This document shows, in pieces, positions 8,653-18,820 of a stretch of DNA of 64,000 bases. The translations under genes and the position numbers were made by a program. How positions within the stretch are numbered: the first letter of the stretch is position 1; every line of letters starts with the position of its first letter. Source of the DNA: an uncultured Candidatus Izemoplasmatales bacterium (GTDB lineage Bacteria > Bacillota_I > Bacilli_A > Izemoplasmatales > Izemoplasmataceae); the NCBI GenBank assembly GCA_964435595.1, contig CAYSZV010000002.1:39956-103955 (forward strand), read 5' to 3'. The notes below the pieces were generated by a model. The model had not been told where the DNA came from. It ran no database searches and saw nothing but the letters and a program-made list of their open reading frames with translations.

Positions 8653-11271
8653 CTACTTTGTTTCGTATAAGTTTAGCCCACTACTACCTTCAACTTTTAG
8701 TGGCACACGTAATGAAACACATTGTTCCATCACATTTTGTACAATTTGATTCATCAAATCAATTTCATCTGGATCAACATCAAACACCAATTCATCATGG
8801 ATCTGTAGTAACATTTTGCTTTTTACTTTTAATCGCTTCATTTCTTTATCCAAATCAACCATAGCAATCTTTATAATGTCGGCTGCTGTACCTTGAATTG
8901 GGGCATTCATTGCATTTCTCTTTCCTGATTCTCGTTGCATATAAACAGGACTATTCAACTCTGGCAAATATCTTCTTCGATTGAACATAGTAGTCGCATA
9001 TCCATTTGCTGTTGCATCTTCAACCACCTTATCCATAAACCCTTTGATTCCTGGGAATGTTTTATAATATGCTTTGATAAAACGGTCTGCCTCTTTTGCT
9101 CCAATATTGATTCCTTCAGAAAGCCCCCAAGCAGATTGCCCATATATAATACCAAAGTTTACAGCCTTTGCCTGTCTTCTTTCTAAGGATGAAATTTCCT
9201 CTTTACCAAAAATCAACTGTGCTGTCTTTGTATGAACATCTTCATTATTTTTAAAAGCTTCTATTAACACTTTTTCGTCAGCCAAATCAGCCAACACTCG
9301 TAATTCTATCTGAGAATAATCAAACGCTAACAAGGTATGTCCTTTATGAGGAATAAAGACTTTTCTAATCTCTCTTCCCTCTTCGTAACGAATCGGGATG
9401 TTTTGTAAGTTGGGCTCTACACTTGATAATCTTCCTGTAGAAGTGAATGCCTGACGGTAAATTGTATGAATCTTACCATCCTCTAAAATGGCATTATCCA
9501 ATCCTACAATGTATGTACTATGTAGTTTTGTTAAAGTACGGTACTGCATAATATAATCGATAATCGGATGGTGATTTTTTAATTTTTCTAAAACACTCAC
9601 ACTAGTTGAATATCCTGTTTTTGTTTTCTTACCAAATGGTAATTGTAGTTTGTCAAACAAGACTTCACCCAATTGTTTTGGACTTCCAATATTAAATTCA
9701 TATCCAGCAAGTTCAATGATTTTATCACTCAAAATAGCAACTTTGTCACTAATCTCTTTTCCTAAATCTGATAACCTCTCACGATCTACATCAATTCCTT
9801 CTACTTCCATTTGAGCTAAAACAGAAGCAAGCGGCAATTCGATATCAAACAACAATTGTTCTTGATTGTGATCTTTGATCTCTTGGATTAAATCTTTTTT
9901 TAGTTGTGATATAGCATAAGCTTTTTGCGCACCATATTGTGCATAGATAGGCTCTAATGGAATACTATATTTTGCACCTTTTCCATACACCTCTTCTTCA
10001 TAAGCAATTTGATCGTAATTAAAATTAGAAACAATTACTTTAAAGTCTTCTTTCGTATTACTAGGATTTAATAAATACGCAGCCAACAATAAATCAAAGG
10101 TCACTCCTTCTAATGTGAATCCTTCTTTATGTAGTAAGACTTTCATTTTTTTTACGTCATGAACATATTTCTCCATTGATGGATCTGATAAGTACATTTG
10201 AAAATTCAAAGATTGATGAATCAAATCATATGGCACAAAGAAACATCCCTTATCATTTGCTATCCCAAACCCAAGAATTTGAGCAGAATGATAATTCGTC
10301 CCAAACGATTCAATTACAAGGTGTGATTTGTTTCTGAGTATATCATCTAATTCAAACACATCTTGAATAATTTTGAAATCGAATTTATCTTCTTTTTTCC
10401 CAGTCTTACGAGTATATCTTTTGATTAACGAGTGTAGTTCTAATTCTTTAAAGAACTCCATCATCTTATCTTCATCTACACCTTTATATTCTACTTCATC
10501 CAAAGCAAAGTGCATATCAACATCCACTTTAATCGTTGCAATTTGTTTACACAATAAAGCGGACTCATAATGTTCTCTGATACGTTCTCCTAGTTTCCCT
10601 TTGATTTCATCCTTATGTTTTAAAATACCATCCAATGTCTCGTATTGATTTAATAATTTAACTGCTGTCTTTTCACCAACACCAGGAATTCCAGGTAAGT
10701 TATCCGAAGCATCCCCCATTAATCCTTTTAAATCTGTGATTTGATTTGGAGAGATACCCATCACTTCTTTTAAATATTCCGGCGTGTATGAGATATAATT
10801 CTGCATTCCTTTTTTACTACTTCTTAATGATACTTTATCATTTATAAGCTGTAACATATCTTTATCATTAGAAATGATCTCTATTTGATCAAATTGGCTA
10901 TAATATTTTTTTGTATATGAACCAATAATATCGTCCGCTTCAATTAGTTCAATCTCTCTTTGTTTGACACCCAAGACATCAAGAGAATCTTTTATCAATT
11001 CAATCTGACTTCTAAATTCTTCTGGCATCGGTTTTCTTCCACCCTTATAGTCTGGGAAGGAATCATGTCTAAATGTTTTCCCTGATTTATCAAATGCAAC
11101 CAATATATGTGAAAAATCCTCATTTAATAGAGAATTGATCATTCCAACAAATCCAAAAACAGCATTTGTATATTGCCCTTTTGAATTTTGCATCAAGTTT
11201 CCTGAGTAAGCTGTTCCATAGTATGCTCTAAACATAATATTAGAGCCATCTACTAAGATTAATTTCTTCAT
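8653..11271 (-). CDS. polA: DNA polymerase I
   Basis: A 5' nuclease domain (LILVDG...), a 3'-5' exo-like region and pol motifs A, B and C (DYSQIELR, RRQAKAVNFGIIYG, QIHDELVF). The ATG at 11271 has an AGAGGTG RBS. Confidence 0.97.
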   Translation of the reverse strand: MKKLILVDGSNIMFRAYYGTAYSGNLMQNSKGQYTNAVFGFVGMINSLLNEDFSHILVAFDKSGKTFRHDSFPDYKGGRKPMPEEFRSQIELIKDSLDVLGVKQREIELIEADDIIGSYTKKYYSQFDQIEIISNDKDMLQLINDKVSLRSSKKGMQNYISYTPEYLKEVMGISPNQITDLKGLMGDASDNLPGIPGVGEKTAVKLLNQYETLDGILKHKDEIKGKLGERIREHYESALLCKQIATIKVDVDMHFALDEVEYKGVDEDKMMEFFKELELHSLIKRYTRKTGKKEDKFDFKIIQDVFELDDILRNKSHLVIESFGTNYHSAQILGFGIANDKGCFFVPYDLIHQSLNFQMYLSDPSMEKYVHDVKKMKVLLHKEGFTLEGVTFDLLLAAYLLNPSNTKEDFKVIVSNFNYDQIAYEEEVYGKGAKYSIPLEPIYAQYGAQKAYAISQLKKDLIQEIKDHNQEQLLFDIELPLASVLAQMEVEGIDVDRERLSDLGKEISDKVAILSDKIIELAGYEFNIGSPKQLGEVLFDKLQLPFGKKTKTGYSTSVSVLEKLKNHHPIIDYIMQYRTLTKLHSTYIVGLDNAILEDGKIHTIYRQAFTSTGRLSSVEPNLQNIPIRYEEGREIRKVFIPHKGHTLLAFDYSQIELRVLADLADEKVLIEAFKNNEDVHTKTAQLIFGKEEISSLERRQAKAVNFGIIYGQSAWGLSEGINIGAKEADRFIKAYYKTFPGIKGFMDKVVEDATANGYATTMFNRRRYLPELNSPVYMQRESGKRNAMNAPIQGTAADIIKIAMVDLDKEMKRLKVKSKMLLQIHDELVFDVDPDEIDLMNQIVQNVMEQCVSLRVPLKVEGSSGLNLYETK

Positions 11272-11324
11272 GTAATACACCTCTATTCCTTCTTTCTAAT
11301 TGTAACACAGAATGCCCTAAATAT

Positions 11325-11352
11325 AAAAAAAAAATACCCAGATTGCTGAGTA
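11325..11352 (-). terminator. intrinsic terminator after acpP
   Basis: Minus strand hairpin TACTCAG-N4-CTGGGTA (one mismatch) followed by T10. Confidence 0.6.
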
Positions 11353-11353
11353 C

Positions 11354-11584
11354 TTATTTTCCTGCGTTTTCTAGATAATTAACAATATCTGATACCAGTT
11401 TGATTGCTGTCGCATCACTATCAGCGATTTCCACATCAAACGCTTCTTCAACTGCCATGATTAATTCAATAGCATCTAGGCTATCCGCACCTAAATCGTC
11501 TGTTAAATCTGATTCTAGTTTGATTGTATCAGTTTCGATCCCTAATTCTTCCGCAATTATGTCTCTTACTTTTTCAAAAATCAT
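11354..11584 (-). CDS. acpP: acyl carrier protein
   Basis: 76 aa with the phosphopantetheine attachment motif LGADSLD. It stands alone, with no fab genes adjacent. Confidence 0.92.
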   Translation of the reverse strand: MIFEKVRDIIAEELGIETDTIKLESDLTDDLGADSLDAIELIMAVEEAFDVEIADSDATAIKLVSDIVNYLENAGK

Positions 11585-11689
11585 TGTTTCACTCCTTAGG
11601 TTTACTTTTCTATAATATTATATTGTTTAAGCTGACAAAAGTCAATATTAAAAGATTTAAGTAAAGAAACAAAAAAGTAAGCAATTTGC

Positions 11690-12427
11690 TTACTTTTTAT
11701 TCTTATGATAAATCTCAATCAATCCTTTGATTAATAAATCAGGTTCAAAAATATAATCCTCAGGCAACATTTCTCTCATAAAGATTGATGCACCACCAGT
11801 AATGATGACTGGGATATCTAAATTGTTTTCTGTTTTAATTTGTTCCACAATTCCTTTAATCATATAACTATGACCTAATAAAAGTCCACAATTCAAAGAA
11901 TCTATCGAATTCGTTCCAATTGCTTTTTTTGGATTAACAAATTCAAACTGTGATAATTGAGATGCTTTTCCAATCAATGCATTTTTTTGAGTGACAAGAC
12001 CTGCACTAATCGAAACACCTTTAATTACTTTGTTAATACTTAAGGTAACGGTTGAAGCAGTTCCCATATCAACTACGATCACACTGTCACCATATTGTTT
12101 ATATGCTCCTGCTGCATCACATACAATATCTGTTCCCAATTCTTTTGGATTATCAATTTTAATTTGTACTCCCGTTTTTACACCAGGACCAACAAACATA
12201 ACTGGAATCTTTAAATCTTCTGAAATCAATCTGAATACTTTATTCAACTCAGGGACAACACTTGAAATAACAATATGCGTCACATCATCAAACAATCCGT
12301 TGAATAACCGCATATATTCATTCGTTGATTTTTCTCGATTTGTATTAAATCTTGTAATTGTTTCGATACTTTGATTGTATCGCGCAATTACAATGTTACT
12401 ATTTCCTATGTCTACTAATACAACCAT
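11690..12427 (-). CDS. coaX: type III pantothenate kinase
   Basis: 245 aa with an N-terminal VDIGNSN phosphate-1 motif and an ASKHA fold pattern (DMGTA, GGA). Confidence 0.9.
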   Translation of the reverse strand: MVVLVDIGNSNIVIARYNQSIETITRFNTNREKSTNEYMRLFNGLFDDVTHIVISSVVPELNKVFRLISEDLKIPVMFVGPGVKTGVQIKIDNPKELGTDIVCDAAGAYKQYGDSVIVVDMGTASTVTLSINKVIKGVSISAGLVTQKNALIGKASQLSQFEFVNPKKAIGTNSIDSLNCGLLLGHSYMIKGIVEQIKTENNLDIPVIITGGASIFMREMLPEDYIFEPDLLIKGLIEIYHKNKK

Positions 12428-12437
12428 AGTATTCTCC

Positions 12438-13022
12438 TTATTCTATTTCTGTTGCTTCTTTATAATCTAATAAACGTCTTGCAATTGGGGCTGCAATAAA
12501 CCCCGCTGCCAAAGCTTCAAACACACCATTTACAGTAAATAATCCAATAAATAAAGGGATTATTTCAGTTGGCCAACCTTCTGCTACTAAAGTAGGTAGT
12601 CCAAATAAAACAAGTGCAAGTGTTACAAGCAAAGTATGTACAATTGTTGATAAAATCATATGTACTGACACAGCTAAATATCTATTTTTAATGAGTTTTT
12701 TTGATAACTCATAGATTTCAACAAATGCTAGTCCAAACAATACCCTAGGCAATACTGATACCAAAGGATTTTGGAATGCAATGTTGATTCCAGATGGTGC
12801 AATGAATGAATACCATAAACTAGAAAGCCCAAATGTTAGTGCCAAAGCATATGCTACCTTTCTACCACCAAAAGTTCCACCAATCAATACAGGAATATGT
12901 ACTGTTGTTAAAGCAATCACACCAATTGTTATGTATCCTACTTGTGGAATCATAGCAAAAGCAACTACAAGCGCTACAAATACTGAAATCATTGCGATTT
13001 CATAGGTTCTTTTATTTTTCAT
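12438..13022 (-). CDS. ECF transporter S component, probably pantothenate-specific (PanT-like)
   Basis: 194 aa with 6 TM segments, typical ECF-S size and topology. The substrate is inferred only from the position directly upstream of coaX. Confidence 0.6.
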   Translation of the reverse strand: MKNKRTYEIAMISVFVALVVAFAMIPQVGYITIGVIALTTVHIPVLIGGTFGGRKVAYALALTFGLSSLWYSFIAPSGINIAFQNPLVSVLPRVLFGLAFVEIYELSKKLIKNRYLAVSVHMILSTIVHTLLVTLALVLFGLPTLVAEGWPTEIIPLFIGLFTVNGVFEALAAGFIAAPIARRLLDYKEATEIE

Positions 13023-13095
13023 TTATTTCTCCTTTTTAGGCCTCTGAGGGTCCCATAATTCAAAAAATTTATATATGTCTAATAGATTTCTCTAG

Positions 13096-14166
13096 TTAAA
13101 CGTTTGATTTGATTTCTTTTACTGTATCCCAGTTTAACGTCTCAAGGATTTTGACTAAGATTTTTTTCACTTCAGCATGATCATCTTTATGTATCATTGA
13201 AGTACTTGAATGAATATATCGAGCAGGCATACCAATTGTAGCTGCTAATACACCATCACCATGAAGTTGGATTCTAGCTGCATCTGTTCCACCCATTGAC
13301 TTGTAATACTGATATTTTATATCATTTTCTTCAGCTAAACCAAGTATATACTTTTTCATTCCTTGATGCATGATAGCACTAGGATCAACAAAACGAACCA
13401 TAAATCCTTTTCCTAAGCTCCCTGAAACATCATCACCACCAAATGTATCTTGACAAGGACTACAATCTACAGCAAGAAATATATCAGGATTAATTAGCCC
13501 AGCTGCAGTTTGTGCACCACGAAGTCCTACTTCTTCTTGAACCGTTGCACCTACATATAATTCTACATCAAGTTTTCCTTTTTTGATATCTCTGGCAATT
13601 TCTAATGCCATACCGCATCCAAATCGATTGTCCCATGCCTTAGAGATGAATTTTTTTCCATCTTTTGTCACTGTAAAATCATTTCTAGCAATCACTTGTT
13701 GTCCAATTTTTACACCTAATTTTTCAGCATGTTCTTTGTCATCTGCACCAATGTCAATTTTTAAATCTTTATATTCTATTTTTTTGGGAGCATCGTTTGA
13801 TCCTCTTGTTAAATGAGGAGGTTTCGAAGCACTTACTCCAGGAATCTTTTCTAAATCATCTGTTAAGATATCAAAATGTTGAGCTAAAAACACATCCCCA
13901 TTCATTCCACCTAAATTGGTAATACTAATCAATCCACTTTTCTCAATACCAGTAACGATTCCACCAACTTCATCCATATGACCAGCGATCATTACTTTTG
14001 GACCTGTACTACCTTTATTAATAACACCAAAAATACTTCCAAGCTTATCTTCAATAATTTCATCTACATAAGGTGTTAAATTTTCTCTCATATAGTTTCT
14101 TATTGGTTTTTCGAAACTCGGTGCACCAGGTAAATCTACCAAATCTCTATACAGTTTTTCCATCAC
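13096..14166 (-). CDS. M42 family aminopeptidase (glutamyl aminopeptidase/FrvX-like)
   Basis: 356 aa with metal ligand contexts HMDEVG, DNRxGC and QEEVGLRGA, typical of M42 peptidases. Confidence 0.88.
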   Translation of the reverse strand: MMEKLYRDLVDLPGAPSFEKPIRNYMRENLTPYVDEIIEDKLGSIFGVINKGSTGPKVMIAGHMDEVGGIVTGIEKSGLISITNLGGMNGDVFLAQHFDILTDDLEKIPGVSASKPPHLTRGSNDAPKKIEYKDLKIDIGADDKEHAEKLGVKIGQQVIARNDFTVTKDGKKFISKAWDNRFGCGMALEIARDIKKGKLDVELYVGATVQEEVGLRGAQTAAGLINPDIFLAVDCSPCQDTFGGDDVSGSLGKGFMVRFVDPSAIMHQGMKKYILGLAEENDIKYQYYKSMGGTDAARIQLHGDGVLAATIGMPARYIHSSTSMIHKDDHAEVKKILVKILETLNWDTVKEIKSNV

Positions 14167-14810
14167 TTTTTCTCCTTGTAAATCGCAGTTAATTTGAAGA
14201 TTTTGTTTCCTCTCTTAGAATATTTTTCTTCAAACTCTGTCATTATATTACAATTAACATCAGAATTATGCAAGTCTCTTGTTATAGTTGTTAACTCCAT
14301 ATCATAAAACATGATTTCTTCTAATGAATAATCAAACATAAATTTATTATCAGTTTTCATATGAACTTCACCATTTACAGTTAGCAAATCTTCATAAATT
14401 TTCAAAAATCGTCTGTTGGTTAATCTTCGTTTCGCATGACGTTCTTTTGGCCATGGATCGGGGAAATTCAAATATACTCTTTCTACAGTGTGATCTTTTA
14501 ATATAATTGGGATAGCACCCGCATCAACACGAATCAACTTCAAGTTTGGAAGTGGCTCATCAATCGCTTTTTCTAATGCACGAACGATAACACTATCAAA
14601 TTTCTCAATACCAATAAAATTAACATCAGGATTTTCTTTTGCTAATGTGTGAATAAAACGCCCTTTTCCAATTCCAATCTCGATATGAATTGGTTGATCC
14701 TTTTCAAACATATCCTCATAAAATAACTTTTCATTATCTTGTTTGTCGATCACAAGATGAGGATGCTTTTCAATTAAATCTCTTGCTCCTTCAATATATT
14801 TCAGTCTCAT
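14163..14810 (-). CDS. trmB: tRNA (guanine46-N7)-methyltransferase
   Basis: 215 aa with an EIGIGKG SAM motif and NFPDPWPK, the diagnostic TrmB motif. Confidence 0.93.
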   Translation of the reverse strand: MRLKYIEGARDLIEKHPHLVIDKQDNEKLFYEDMFEKDQPIHIEIGIGKGRFIHTLAKENPDVNFIGIEKFDSVIVRALEKAIDEPLPNLKLIRVDAGAIPIILKDHTVERVYLNFPDPWPKERHAKRRLTNRRFLKIYEDLLTVNGEVHMKTDNKFMFDYSLEEIMFYDMELTTITRDLHNSDVNCNIMTEFEEKYSKRGNKIFKLTAIYKEKK

Positions 14811-14894
14811 ACAATCACCCTTTTCTTTTTTTATGAATTGCGTATTTCCGAAAATAAAAAGCAGTCTTAATTTATCGCATGAATATTACTGTAT

Positions 14895-15035
14895 TCAAGC
14901 GTAACAATTAAGTCTACCCATAGTTTTATTAGCTTTATTAAGTTGTGACAGGATTTTCTCAACAAAAAGAAGATTTTTACAAACACCTACATTATTATTC
15001 TTCCCAGTTTTCACTTTAAAATCCAGTACCTGCAT
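14895..15035 (-). CDS. candidate small protein (46 aa), unknown function
   Basis: ATG preceded by GAGGTG with a 6-nt spacing, and it has its own extended -10 promoter upstream. Translation: MQVLDFKVKTGKNNNVGVCKNLLFVEKILSQLNKANKTMGRLNCYA. It is below the ORF-track length cutoff. Confidence 0.35.
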   Translation of the reverse strand: MQVLDFKVKTGKNNNVGVCKNLLFVEKILSQLNKANKTMGRLNCYA

Positions 15036-15078
15036 AAATGTCACCTCATAAGAAAAGCCCTATTTGTTTCGTTGTTAT

Positions 15079-15107
15079 ATTATATCATAATACAACATTA
15101 TTCACAA
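15079..15107 (-). promoter_or_regulatory. promoter with extended -10 upstream of small ORF/trmB
   Basis: Minus strand TTGTGA (15102-15107), a 17-nt spacer, then TGaTATAAT (15079-15087). Confidence 0.5.
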
Positions 15108-15125
15108 TAGGACTTCTTTGATTTT

Positions 15126-16478
15126 TTACTTACTTAATTGATATATTGCTTCCATATAAATTGCTGTAGCTGTTAATAAATCTTCAATATATATATGTTC
15201 ATCTACTTGATGTGCTACATCTTTTCTTCCAGGCATTGATAATCCAAATGCAACTGCTTTTTCCATAGCTCTTGCATATGTACCCCCACCAATTGTTAAT
15301 AATGGTGTTTCTACATCACCAGTATATTTGATATACGCTTGATGAAGTGTTTGTACCAACTCATCCTCTTTATCAACATAGTGAACCACAGAATCATTCA
15401 ATACTTTATGTTTAAAATGATACTTTTTTGCAGATGCTGCAATTGATAACAACGCACTATCTTTGTCCCATCCTTTTGGATAACGACAGTTTACACCAAT
15501 TTTAAACTCATCAATCTCATAATCAAACACACCAGCATTCACAGTCAAATCTTTCATTTCAGGATCACTATAATCAATATACAGTTTTTCTCCTAAATGA
15601 TCAAATGTTAAATAGTCACAAATATATTTAATAAAATCATTCTCGATATGCTCATTTAAAAACTCAGCCAAAATGAATGCTGCATTGATTCCTAAATGAG
15701 GTTGCATCGCATGAGCGCTTTTACCATATACTTTGTAAACACCATCAGATACTTCACCTTTTAGTCCATTATATTCAATATGATTTTTAAATTGTTGTTC
15801 AAGATCGACATTTAATGTGCATTCTGCATATTCAGGAACAATATTCAAACGCTCTCCTGATTTAAATGTTTTTAAAGCAGTATCATTTGTCTTCCCTTTG
15901 ATTTCAAAGCTTAAGATACCCTTTTCTCCATATATCAACGGAAAACTCGCGTCAGGTGCAAATCCAATCGAAGGCATTTGTTCTGTTTGGAAATATTCTT
16001 TGATTCCTCTCCAACCAGTTTCTTCATCAGTACCTAGAATGATACGAACTCTTTTCTTAGGTTTAAATCCTGATTCTTTTAATAATTTCAATGCGAAATA
16101 TGATGCCATTGTCGGACCTTTATCATCTGATGATCCACGGGCAAATATTTTTCCATCTCGAACGGTTGGTTCAAAAGGATGATTTGTCCATTTGGCAACA
16201 TCACCTGTAGGAACAACATCTAAATGACATAAGACTCCTACAATCTCTTTTCCTCTACCATATTCAATATGGGCTGCATAATTATTAATGTTTTTGGTTA
16301 CAAATCCATCTTCTTTTGCTAAATCTAGCATATAATTTAGAGCATTGTTAATTTCAACTCCAAATGGTGTTTCTGAATTTTGATCAAAATTATCTAAGAC
16401 ACTTGGAAATTTCAATAATTCAATTGTCTTATTTATAATTACTTCTTTTTGTTCTTCTACTAACTTTTTAAAGTCCAT
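15126..16478 (-). CDS. pepV: dipeptidase PepV (M20 family)
   Basis: The LCHLDVVP and SSDDKGP motifs and ~450 aa size match PepV/Sapep-type M20 dipeptidases. The ATG at 16478 (MDFKKL) has a GGTGG RBS. Confidence 0.88.
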   Translation of the reverse strand: MDFKKLVEEQKEVIINKTIELLKFPSVLDNFDQNSETPFGVEINNALNYMLDLAKEDGFVTKNINNYAAHIEYGRGKEIVGVLCHLDVVPTGDVAKWTNHPFEPTVRDGKIFARGSSDDKGPTMASYFALKLLKESGFKPKKRVRIILGTDEETGWRGIKEYFQTEQMPSIGFAPDASFPLIYGEKGILSFEIKGKTNDTALKTFKSGERLNIVPEYAECTLNVDLEQQFKNHIEYNGLKGEVSDGVYKVYGKSAHAMQPHLGINAAFILAEFLNEHIENDFIKYICDYLTFDHLGEKLYIDYSDPEMKDLTVNAGVFDYEIDEFKIGVNCRYPKGWDKDSALLSIAASAKKYHFKHKVLNDSVVHYVDKEDELVQTLHQAYIKYTGDVETPLLTIGGGTYARAMEKAVAFGLSMPGRKDVAHQVDEHIYIEDLLTATAIYMEAIYQLSK

Positions 16479-16612
16479 AATACCACCTACCAAAGTAGAT
16501 AGTAGCATTATTCAAGTAAAAAATCAACAACAATGAAAGGTATTATAACATTCGCTATTTTGTGTCTCATATAGTATAATATTGCTCAAGAAGAATTTTT
16601 TTAACATAAGTC

Positions 16613-16641
16613 TTGACATATGAGCGTACACTCATATATTA
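16613..16641 (+). promoter_or_regulatory. promoter with embedded ArsR/SmtB-type operator palindrome
   Basis: TTGACA (16613-16618) is followed by a -10-like ATATTA/TATTAT about 17 nt downstream. The spacer is filled by the perfect palindrome ATATGAG-CGTACA-CTCATAT (16618-16637). Confidence 0.7.
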
Positions 16642-16669
16642 TGTAGGGGTACATATTGAGGTGACTGTA

Positions 16670-18820
16670 ATGATTAAAAAAGTAATTATGAAAAACTTAA
16701 TCTGTTCTGGTTGTGCTGGTAGAATCGAAAAAACACTAGCTTCGGAACTGTATTATGTAAATAGCGCAAGTTTCAACTTTCCCAATCAAGTGATGTTATT
16801 AGACGTAACTGATGAATACAATGAGGAAGTTGCGATTCCAGAAATAAAAACAATTGTCGACTCTATCGAAGACGGAGTCGAAACATATTCATACGATAAA
16901 AGACATTTGATGGAGACAAAAAAATCTGTCGACTCATATAAAACATTTTTTATTGGACTAAGCATTTATGCTTTGGTTTATATCATTGGACTTTTTACAA
17001 AAACAGATTTATCACACACTGCAGTTGTAAATGATCCCCTTTTCATATGGTATACACCACTATTTTTAATTGGGTATGGATTTATCGCATTTAAAATTTT
17101 CCATAAAACCCTCAAAGGGCTCAAACGAAAAGAGATTTTCAATGAAAACACATTAATGTTCATTGCAACATTGGCTGCTGTCTTTTTAAGAAACTATTTT
17201 GAAGCATCACTGGTAATTATCTTCTATACTGTAGGGGAATACCTACAACATAGAGCTGTGCATAGAAGCAAACAAGAAGTTTCATCTCTAATGGATTTAA
17301 AAATCGAATATGCTAACATACTGGTTGATGGAAACGTCATCATCACTGATCCATTAAGCATTAAAAAAGGTGATGTCATCATAGTTAAAAATGGTGAAAA
17401 AATTCCTGTTGATGGCGAAATCATCAATGGGACCACTTCTCTTAATACTAGTGCTTTAACAGGTGAATCTAAATTGTCTGTTGTTAAAATCGGAGATTAC
17501 GTATTAAGTGGTAATATTAATGTAGGTAACGTGATTGAAATGACAGCTAAAAAGGAATACACCGAATCAACATTAGCTAAAATCATAGATCTAATTGAGA
17601 ATAGTACAAATAATCGTTCAAGAACAGAAAACTTTATTACTTCATTTGCGAAGTACTATACGCCCGCAGTTACCATTGGCGCAATTTTACTTGTTCTCTT
17701 AAAAACAGTATTTGATCCAAACTTTGAGTTTATCTGGTCTTATTTCCAAGGTGCAGATTTCCAAAGTTATGTGTATGATGCGGCAACATTTTTAGTAATC
17801 AGTTGTCCCTGTGCACTAGTGCTTAGTATTCCACTTTCATATTTTGCAGGAATCGGTGCTGCAGCCAAACAAGGTATTTTATTCAAAGGTTCTTCATATA
17901 TTCATGGAATGACTCACGTAGACACCATCGGAATAGATAAGACTGGAACATTAACACATGGTAATTTCAAAGTAGATTCTTTTACTAACAAAGAAACATT
18001 AAAAATAGCAGCAAGTATCGAACGATTTAGTAATCATCCTATTGCAAAAAGTATTGTTGATTTTTATAAGGGTGAGTATTACGATTATCGAGAAGTGGAA
18101 GAAATTCCAGGATACGGGCTAGTCGTTCAAACTGAACATGGTAAAATACTAGCTGGTAACAGAAAATTGATGAACAAACATAAAATACGTGTTACAGATA
18201 AAAAAATCATGGTTGGAAGCAATGTTTTCATTTCAAAAAATGGGAAATATATTGGCCACGTAATTGTAAAAGACACATTAAAAACATCTTCGATGAATAC
18301 AATAAGAAGATTAGCTAGAAAATATAATATCACAATGCTTACTGGAGACAATCAAGCAATGGCGAAAGAAGTTTCATACAGTCTTGGAAACATTGATTAT
18401 CGAAGTGATTTACTACCTGAACAGAAAATCGAAGCATTCAATGAAATCGAATCTAAAGGTTTAAAAATGTATGTTGGAGACGGAATCAATGATGCTCCAT
18501 TGCTGAAAAATGCTGATATTGGTGTTGCAATGGGTAATGGTAGTGAGCTTGCAATTGATGTTGCTGATGTAATCATCATGGGTGATGACATTAATTTACT
18601 TGAAAAAGCGTTCCGAGTTGCAAGTAAAACGAAACGTATTGTAATAGAAAATATCGTTTTAAGTTTGACTGTTAAGTTTCTTTTCTTAACATTTGCAGGA
18701 TTTGGTATGAGTAGTATGTTAACTGCCATATTCGCAGATGTTGGAATTACTTTAATCGCAGTTTTAAACACATTTAGATTAATTTATAATAAGGAGAAAA
18801 AACATGGAAGATCAAGTTAA
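16670..18820 (+). CDS. heavy-metal translocating P1B-type ATPase (Zn/Cd/Co-type)
   Basis: An N-terminal HMA-like CSGC, TM6 SCPCALVLS, DKTGTLT and GDGINDAP. CPCALV resembles CadA/ZntA rather than copper pumps. The start at ATG 16670 has a GAGGTG RBS; the track start (TTG 16613) is the -35 box. Confidence 0.9.
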   Translation: MIKKVIMKNLICSGCAGRIEKTLASELYYVNSASFNFPNQVMLLDVTDEYNEEVAIPEIKTIVDSIEDGVETYSYDKRHLMETKKSVDSYKTFFIGLSIYALVYIIGLFTKTDLSHTAVVNDPLFIWYTPLFLIGYGFIAFKIFHKTLKGLKRKEIFNENTLMFIATLAAVFLRNYFEASLVIIFYTVGEYLQHRAVHRSKQEVSSLMDLKIEYANILVDGNVIITDPLSIKKGDVIIVKNGEKIPVDGEIINGTTSLNTSALTGESKLSVVKIGDYVLSGNINVGNVIEMTAKKEYTESTLAKIIDLIENSTNNRSRTENFITSFAKYYTPAVTIGAILLVLLKTVFDPNFEFIWSYFQGADFQSYVYDAATFLVISCPCALVLSIPLSYFAGIGAAAKQGILFKGSSYIHGMTHVDTIGIDKTGTLTHGNFKVDSFTNKETLKIAASIERFSNHPIAKSIVDFYKGEYYDYREVEEIPGYGLVVQTEHGKILAGNRKLMNKHKIRVTDKKIMVGSNVFISKNGKYIGHVIVKDTLKTSSMNTIRRLARKYNITMLTGDNQAMAKEVSYSLGNIDYRSDLLPEQKIEAFNEIESKGLKMYVGDGINDAPLLKNADIGVAMGNGSELAIDVADVIIMGDDINLLEKAFRVASKTKRIVIENIVLSLTVKFLFLTFAGFGMSSMLTAIFADVGITLIAVLNTFRLIYNKEKKHGRSS

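Noticed and set aside
14811-15125. Possible structured RNA or pepV terminator in the pepV-trmB spacer (stem AAGTCCTATT/AATAGGGCTT enclosing ~45 nt).
   Set aside because: The same bases form a good extended -10 promoter and the 5' region of a small ORF. The stem has a wobble and a large loop, so I cannot support an RNA gene.
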